Positions 58,850-64,000 of a DNA stretch of 64,000 bases are shown piece after piece (positions within the stretch are counted from its first letter, which is position 1; each line of letters begins with the position of its first letter). The DNA is taken from NCBI GenBank assembly GCA_963668625.2, contig CAXXKA010000006.1, forward strand, positions 128,001 through 192,000, written 5' to 3'. Source of the DNA: an uncultured candidate division Zixibacteria bacterium. GTDB taxonomy: Bacteria > Zixibacteria > MSB-5A5 > UBA10806 > 4484-95. The notes under the pieces were generated by a model, which saw only the letters and a list, made by a program, of their open reading frames with translations, made no database searches and was not told where the DNA came from. Made by a program: the position numbers and the translations under genes.

Positions 58850-59664
58850 TGGTAGATAAACGTCAAAGATTAAACGATATCATTAAAAGCTACGAATCGG
58901 TGGTGATCGGGTTATCCGGTGGAGTGGATTCTACTCTGGCCGCCAAAGTTTGCCTCGATACGCTCGGGAAAGAAAATGTCTGGTTGGTTACTGGTAATTC
59001 GAAATCTATCCCACCCGAGGAGATCGAGGACTGTAAAAAAATCGCCGAATGGTTAAAAATAGGTGGTGATCATTTCATCATTATTGATACGGGTGAGTTG
59101 AGCGACCCGAATTACTTTTTGAATCCCACAAATAGATGTTATTTTTGCAAAAGCGAGTTGTTCGATAAGTTAAGGATGATTGCCGGGAAAGTCGGCGCAA
59201 AAACTATCATCGATGGCTCTAATGCCTCGGATATTCACGATTATCGGCCCGGGGCTAAAGCCAGTCGAGAGAAGAATATCAAGGCGCCATTGGCCGAGGC
59301 CGGTTTCCTCAAAGAGGATGTCAGGCGCCTGGCAAAAGAACTTGAACTGCCCAACTGGAATAAACCCTCGATGCCCTGCCTGGCCTCTCGTATACCTTAC
59401 GATTCGGAGGTGACCGCTAAGAAACTGGAGCAAATCGCCAGCGCGGAAAGGCTCATGCGTGAGCTAGGTTTCGTGCAATTCAGGGTGAGACATCACGATA
59501 AAATCGCGCGCCTGGAGGTGGATGATATGAGTGTTCTGCAAGACCGGCATGTGAGGGAACGGATTAACGAGGGATTGAAAAAGATAGGTTTTAATTATGT
59601 GGCCGTAGACCTGGGGGGATTCAAATCGGGAAGTTTAAATATTAATATAGAAGGGAAAAGTTAG
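58846..59664 (+). CDS. larE: LarE-like ATP-dependent sulfur transferase (PP-loop)
   Basis: SGGVDS, NPTNRCYFCK, DYRPG, KPSMPCLASRIPY, QFRVRHH. Confidence 0.88.
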   Translation: MMVDKRQRLNDIIKSYESVVIGLSGGVDSTLAAKVCLDTLGKENVWLVTGNSKSIPPEEIEDCKKIAEWLKIGGDHFIIIDTGELSDPNYFLNPTNRCYFCKSELFDKLRMIAGKVGAKTIIDGSNASDIHDYRPGAKASREKNIKAPLAEAGFLKEDVRRLAKELELPNWNKPSMPCLASRIPYDSEVTAKKLEQIASAERLMRELGFVQFRVRHHDKIARLEVDDMSVLQDRHVRERINEGLKKIGFNYVAVDLGGFKSGSLNINIEGKS

Positions 59665-59665
59665 A

Positions 59666-59893
59666 ATGGCCGAACAGGAAAAACGCGTTGCCATGACAGT
59701 AGTGGTTGGCGATCAAAAACGTGAAATAACTTTCGATGAATTAACGTTATCGAATAACCTTGCGCTGGAGGCTTTGGTAAAGGTGCTGGTAGATAAAGGC
59801 GTGTTCAAGGTTGAGGAGCTGCAGGCGGTTATGGATGATATCCGGAGCAAACGCTACGCCGATCCCGGCACGCAGCCACCGAACGCGAATTAA
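59666..59893 (+). CDS. Small hypothetical protein
   Basis: Operonic; LEALVKVLVDKGV helix motif. Confidence 0.7.
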   Translation: MAEQEKRVAMTVVVGDQKREITFDELTLSNNLALEALVKVLVDKGVFKVEELQAVMDDIRSKRYADPGTQPPNAN

Positions 59894-59901
59894 GACCGTA
59901 T

Positions 59902-60354
59902 ATGGAAAAGCTTTCGTGGGTATCTCATCCGGCTAAAGCCCGGAAAACAGCGGCGGTGATAACACTGTTTTTGATTTTCTTGATCATGTGGATGGTGTAT
60001 AGCATGACCCAGTCATTGGTTATGATCTTTTTCGCGCTGCTTCTGTTCAACGCCGCTTTATCCAGTTTTTTCTTTCCTACTCGTTTCGAGGTGAGCAAGG
60101 ACAAGCTTTTGATAAAATACATGTTCACCTCACAAGAGAAAAATATGAGTATGTTCCGGTCGTTTTACCCGGATAAACGCGGGGTATTGCTTTCGCCGTT
60201 TACCCGGCCGTCCCGGCTGGAGAATTTTCGGGGTGTTTACCTTAGATACGAAGGTAATAAAGATGAAGTGGATGCTTTCGTGAAAGATATTTTCGAGAAA
60301 CGTAAAGCCGAGTTACTCGACGATAGGCCAGAGGAGGAAGGCAGCGATGGCTAA
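59902..60354 (+). CDS. Hypothetical membrane protein
   Basis: Two TMs, FFPTRF, GVLLSPF..SRLENFRG. Confidence 0.75.
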   Translation: MEKLSWVSHPAKARKTAAVITLFLIFLIMWMVYSMTQSLVMIFFALLLFNAALSSFFFPTRFEVSKDKLLIKYMFTSQEKNMSMFRSFYPDKRGVLLSPFTRPSRLENFRGVYLRYEGNKDEVDAFVKDIFEKRKAELLDDRPEEEGSDG

Positions 60355-60826
60355 AGATATGTTAGAATCTCCGACGCCGCCGGAGCCTGATGATCCCAAC
60401 AGGACCAAACCGAATGCCGAGGAGCAGGAACTGATCGACAGGTTCGGCAGCTGGATTGCAAAGCGTGGTTTGACCGTCCCGGCGATCCTGTTTATCGAGT
60501 CCGGTAAACCCTTGAACTGGATATTCTCGCAGGGTATGCTTGTCGGAGAACCGGCGGCCTGGGCGCTCGATCCGATGATGAAAGCGGCTTTCAATTTTAC
60601 CCATGCCGATTATTTGAAACTTCAAAGACTACTCGAAAAACGCTGGAGCGTGGAGTTCCTTCTGCAGTCGATAGAGAAACACGATGATATTCAGCGCAAT
60701 AAAGAGGATGAGATCAAAAAAGAAAAGAAGGCCAGGAAAAAAGAGCTGAAAGCCCAGCGCAAAGGCAAACGGGGGAAATTTTTCCGCAAGTTGTTTGGGA
60801 ATGAAAAACCTGAGGACACGAAATAG
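60347..60826 (+). CDS. Hypothetical protein
   Basis: GLTVPAILFIESGKPLN motif, Lys-rich tail; SD GAGGAGG. Confidence 0.75.
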   Translation: MAKDMLESPTPPEPDDPNRTKPNAEEQELIDRFGSWIAKRGLTVPAILFIESGKPLNWIFSQGMLVGEPAAWALDPMMKAAFNFTHADYLKLQRLLEKRWSVEFLLQSIEKHDDIQRNKEDEIKKEKKARKKELKAQRKGKRGKFFRKLFGNEKPEDTK

Positions 60827-60853
60827 CAAAATTTAAATTATGTAAGATTTTCA

Positions 60854-61001
60854 GTAGAGGCGTTCAATCGAACGCCTCTACTTTTTTCATCTTGTGGTCG
60901 GGGTATTTCCCCGCTTGGGCGGAGGGTGACAAAACTTGCATGCCTGCACGCAAAAGCCGGCAGACGAGGACATCCGCCGGCTGTGATGTATGTTGAGCCT
61001 A
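60854..61001. repeat. REP hairpin cluster between convergent genes
   Basis: GTAGAGGCGTTC-AATC-GAACGCCTCTAC (60854-60881) and AGCCGGCAGA..TCCGCCGGCT (60955-60982). Confidence 0.65.
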
Positions 61002-61017
61002 CATGATGCTTGGACTG

Positions 61018-61770
61018 CTATTTCGGTTTGGCGCCGAAAATCCACATCATGCGAGTATCTCGCGATATCGGATCATCCTTACGTGTACCGAATCCTTCTA
61101 TATCGACAAAGCCAATCGATTCGAAAAGGCTGACGAGTTCGTGGAATGAGTACATGCGAATATCCAACTCATATTTTCTTTCTTTGCCATCTTTGATATA
61201 GTACCATTCGGAATGGTTTTGGGAAGTGCGGTAGTCGAATTTCCTGCTTTCGATTACTTTCACGTCGCCTAAATCCTGCCAGCCGTTAGAGCTGAAATTC
61301 CGCATGATCCAGTCACGGTTTATCACATGAAGCACGAATGTTCCTCCAGGCTTAAGGGCTTTGAACATCTTTTTAAGCGCAAGCTTATCATCCGAGCGTT
61401 TTTCAAAAAAGCCGAATGAGGTCCAGAGGTTGCCGGCGAAATCGAATTGCGAGTTGAAATTTATCTTACGCATGTCATTTACTTGCGTTGTTATACCGAG
61501 CTTTTCCTTTTTCGCTTTCCTATCGAGTTCCTCTATATATGACTTCGTTATATCAACACCCGTTACACGGATACCTTTTTTAGCAAGCGGAATAGATACG
61601 CGGCCGATACCGCAGGGGCAATCCAAAAAAGTGCTGCCTTTTTTCATATTAAGTTTGTTGATGAGATACCGAACCTCGGCATTCGTAGTCTTCGCGGCAA
61701 TCATCTTGAATGCGGGCCTGAAATCATCGAAAAAACCTGCTTCCCACCATTCGGCGTCCTTCTTACTCAT
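61018..61770 (-). CDS. Class I SAM-dependent methyltransferase
   Basis: FLDCPCGIGR, VTGVD, DMR, TSFGFF, LKPGG, IRMYS. Confidence 0.92.
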   Translation of the reverse strand: MSKKDAEWWEAGFFDDFRPAFKMIAAKTTNAEVRYLINKLNMKKGSTFLDCPCGIGRVSIPLAKKGIRVTGVDITKSYIEELDRKAKKEKLGITTQVNDMRKINFNSQFDFAGNLWTSFGFFEKRSDDKLALKKMFKALKPGGTFVLHVINRDWIMRNFSSNGWQDLGDVKVIESRKFDYRTSQNHSEWYYIKDGKERKYELDIRMYSFHELVSLFESIGFVDIEGFGTRKDDPISRDTRMMWIFGAKPK

Positions 61771-61930
61771 AGTATCCTCCTGTTAAGGGTTGGTAATGTT
61801 TAGCAGATACGTGAAATTATGTCAAGGGTTTCATAAAAGATGAAAGAGGTGCGCGGTTGTCGGGAGTTATTACTTTCCGATCCACTTGCAATAGCGTAAT
61901 GTTGGTGTGCCGTTTGCTTTCGCGTCATAT

Positions 61931-61962
61931 AAAAAACGGGACGCTCTTTCGAACGTCCCGTT
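61931..61962 (-). terminator. Rho-independent terminator
   Basis: Minus strand AACGGGACGTTC..GAGCGTCCCGTTTTTT. Confidence 0.75.
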
Positions 61963-61988
61963 GATTTTCATCTGAATCGAATTCGAGA

Positions 61989-63659
61989 TTATCTCATCGT
62001 ACCTACGTAATGTGCGGTATACTGACGATCTTTGATTCTCTCATCGGTGTAGTCAGGTAGAAGCATCGGGGCAACGCGGCCGTTATCCACACCGGCGTCA
62101 TCAACCTCTTTGTTGAACCTGGCAACGTGATCGAGCGAGAGCTTGCCGTCTTTGGCTTTATCTTTGGCGTAAAGCGCGGCGCTCTTGCCGGAAATCCTGC
62201 CGAATACCATGATATCCAGCAGCGAATTACCCATCAAGCGATTCTCGCCATGCACACCGCCGCCTACCTCGCCGGCAACGAACAGGCCGGGCAGGGAGGT
62301 TTCGCTGTTGCTCTTGTATTCGAGTCCGCCGTTCTGGTAGTGAAGAGTCGGGTAGATCAACATCGGCTCTTTCGCGATATCGATACCGAAACGTTCATAC
62401 AAGATATGCTTGCCTGGGAATTCACGCTCTACTGTTCCTTCACCGTGTAGCATATCGATCATCGGTGAATCAAGCCAGATACCGAGCTTGCCGGTCGGCG
62501 TGGGAACGCCTTTGCCAACTACGGTACACTGCCTGATAATCGAGGCTGCCTCGACATCGCGCGGTTCGCGTTCGTTGACGAACTGGTTACCCTCGATATT
62601 GACCAGGTTAGCACCCGAGCCCCGGAATTTCTCGGTTATCAAAATACCCTCGGCTTGCTCCGGGAAGACGATACCTGTCGGGTGATACTGCACCGTATGC
62701 AGGAAGCAGATTTTCACGCCCGCGCGATAACCCATCACGATACCATCGGCGGTCGCGCCGTAATGGTTCGTGGTCATGAAACCTTGAACGTGCAAGCGAC
62801 CGGATCCGCCGGTAGCCATCACGACAGACTTGGCTTTAACGATCGTGTATTCCTCGGTTTCCATGTTGTACAGCACGGCGCCGGCACAATGCCCATGCTC
62901 GTTTAAAATAAGTTCGACAGCCGGTGAGAATTCTATCACCTGAATGTCGGCGGAACGATTTCTTGACTCGTCGCGTACGGTGCGCATCATCTCCGCGCCA
63001 GTGATATCCGCGGCGTAATGCATACGCTTGCGCGATGTGCCGCCGCCATGAATGGTGTAGAGAGTACCATCGGGCATCTTACTGAAATTACAGCCGAGTT
63101 TTTCCAGCCACTTGATGGCGCTGGGAGCTTCGTTAACCAATGTCTCGACCAATTCGGGATCGTTTACGAAATGCCCGCCGCCCATGACATCGAGGTAATG
63201 AAAGTAGGGGGAATCCTTGTGGCCTTTGCTGGCGGCTTGGATACCGCCCTCGGCCATCATCGTGTTGGCATCACCATGGCGAAGCTTGGTAGCTATGATA
63301 ACTTTCGCGCCCTGTTCCTGGGCAAGAATAGCGGCCGATGTTCCAGCGCCGCCGCCGCCAATTACCAGCACGTCGGTTTCGTAATCGACTTTGGCGAGAT
63401 CGATATCGGCGGGATTAACACGGCTTTTAGCCTCCAGCAGGTCGGCCATCTCGTGAGCAATGCGGTAGCCTTTACTTGGTCCGACTTTAACTTCGCGGCG
63501 ACCTTCCTCTTTGAAATCGGGATGATTGTCGAGCATCTCCTTGCGCTCATCCAGGGATAAGAACGGAACTTCCTCATCGCGTTTTTTACGCTCGACTCTT
63601 TCGGATCGAGTTTTCTCGACCGCCTTGATCAATTGTTTTAATGATTCTGGGTATGGCAT
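61989..63659 (-). CDS. Fumarate reductase/succinate dehydrogenase-like flavoprotein (non-covalent FAD type)
   Basis: VIGGGGAG, NTMMAEGG, ATGG, QYHPTG, LITEKFRG, EPRD, PTLHYQNGG, VHGENRLMGNSL. Confidence 0.88.
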   Translation of the reverse strand: MPYPESLKQLIKAVEKTRSERVERKKRDEEVPFLSLDERKEMLDNHPDFKEEGRREVKVGPSKGYRIAHEMADLLEAKSRVNPADIDLAKVDYETDVLVIGGGGAGTSAAILAQEQGAKVIIATKLRHGDANTMMAEGGIQAASKGHKDSPYFHYLDVMGGGHFVNDPELVETLVNEAPSAIKWLEKLGCNFSKMPDGTLYTIHGGGTSRKRMHYAADITGAEMMRTVRDESRNRSADIQVIEFSPAVELILNEHGHCAGAVLYNMETEEYTIVKAKSVVMATGGSGRLHVQGFMTTNHYGATADGIVMGYRAGVKICFLHTVQYHPTGIVFPEQAEGILITEKFRGSGANLVNIEGNQFVNEREPRDVEAASIIRQCTVVGKGVPTPTGKLGIWLDSPMIDMLHGEGTVEREFPGKHILYERFGIDIAKEPMLIYPTLHYQNGGLEYKSNSETSLPGLFVAGEVGGGVHGENRLMGNSLLDIMVFGRISGKSAALYAKDKAKDGKLSLDHVARFNKEVDDAGVDNGRVAPMLLPDYTDERIKDRQYTAHYVGTMR

Positions 63660-63675
63660 ATATCAACCTCTATTC

Positions 63676-64000
63676 CTATAGTCCGTAATTATCTTTGGGA
63701 GTCCAGTCCTCGCCCGCCATTGCCGGCTCCATCTCCCGTTCCTGGTATGTTTTTTTAAGTTCGTCGGTGCTCATGCCTTTGAGCTTATCGATAGCTTCTT
63801 TGAACCTGTCGGCATCGATATTGGCAACCATCGTTTTAAGATGTTCGGCCCTGGGGGTCAGGTAGGAACCTTTTATTCGGCGAGCCAACTGGGCGATATG
63901 ATACTGCGGCAGCTCACCGTAGCATCTACTGGCGCACAGGCCGCACTGGATGCAGTCGAATGAAATCTCGGCGGCGGCGGCGATATCGCCACGTTTCAGA
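63676..64000 (-). CDS. 4Fe-4S dicluster protein, C-terminal part (starts beyond window)
   Basis: Hand translation LKRGDIAAAAEISFDCIQCGLCASRC..ARR; CxxCxxCxxxC motif. Confidence 0.85.
   Translation of the reverse strand, partial: LKRGDIAAAAEISFDCIQCGLCASRCYGELPQYHIAQLARRIKGSYLTPRAEHLKTMVANIDADRFKEAIDKLKGMSTDELKKTYQEREMEPAMAGEDWTPKDNYGL

Noticed and set aside
1-64000. tRNA, rRNA or known riboswitch genes
   Set aside because: No cloverleaf, rRNA-like stretch or recognisable riboswitch consensus found by eye; a tRNAscan/Infernal run would be needed to exclude them fully.

Overview
Chromosomal window from an anaerobic, diderm bacterium, most consistent with the FCB-related lineages (inference: secreted proteins ending in 'NYPNPFNASTNISY' sorting domains and 'GDANGD' dockerin-like repeats resemble candidate division Zixibacteria; not provable here). 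Content: a CoiA-like nuclease cut by the left edge; an archaeal-type HMG-CoA synthase/thiolase/DUF35 triad followed by a methylcrotonyl-CoA carboxylase/methylglutaconyl-CoA hydratase (liuBCD-like) cluster, with a REP-associated tyrosine transposase (RAYT) and REP hairpins in between; a 186-bp tandem REP array; a divergent transketolase; an intact IS110 with a structured left-end ncRNA (bridge-RNA candidate) beside a low-GC TcmP + Gp37/Gp68 radical-SAM pair; PPDK with a histone-H1-like tail; intact but catalytically dead CarA and PdxJ homologues; secDF; a ~3 kb block of +1 homopolymer frameshifts (probable assembly errors); a TonB receptor/HmuY heme-uptake pair; a low-GC beta-propeller gene bracketed by a duplicated 36-bp terminator; an SBP-kinase-sigma54 regulator operon with a structured leader; pth-rpsF-rpsR-rplI and downstream housekeeping genes; and a fumarate-reductase-like flavoprotein/ferredoxin pair at the right edge. 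No rRNA, tRNA or CRISPR array was seen. All calls are from motif recognition by eye; no database searches were run.
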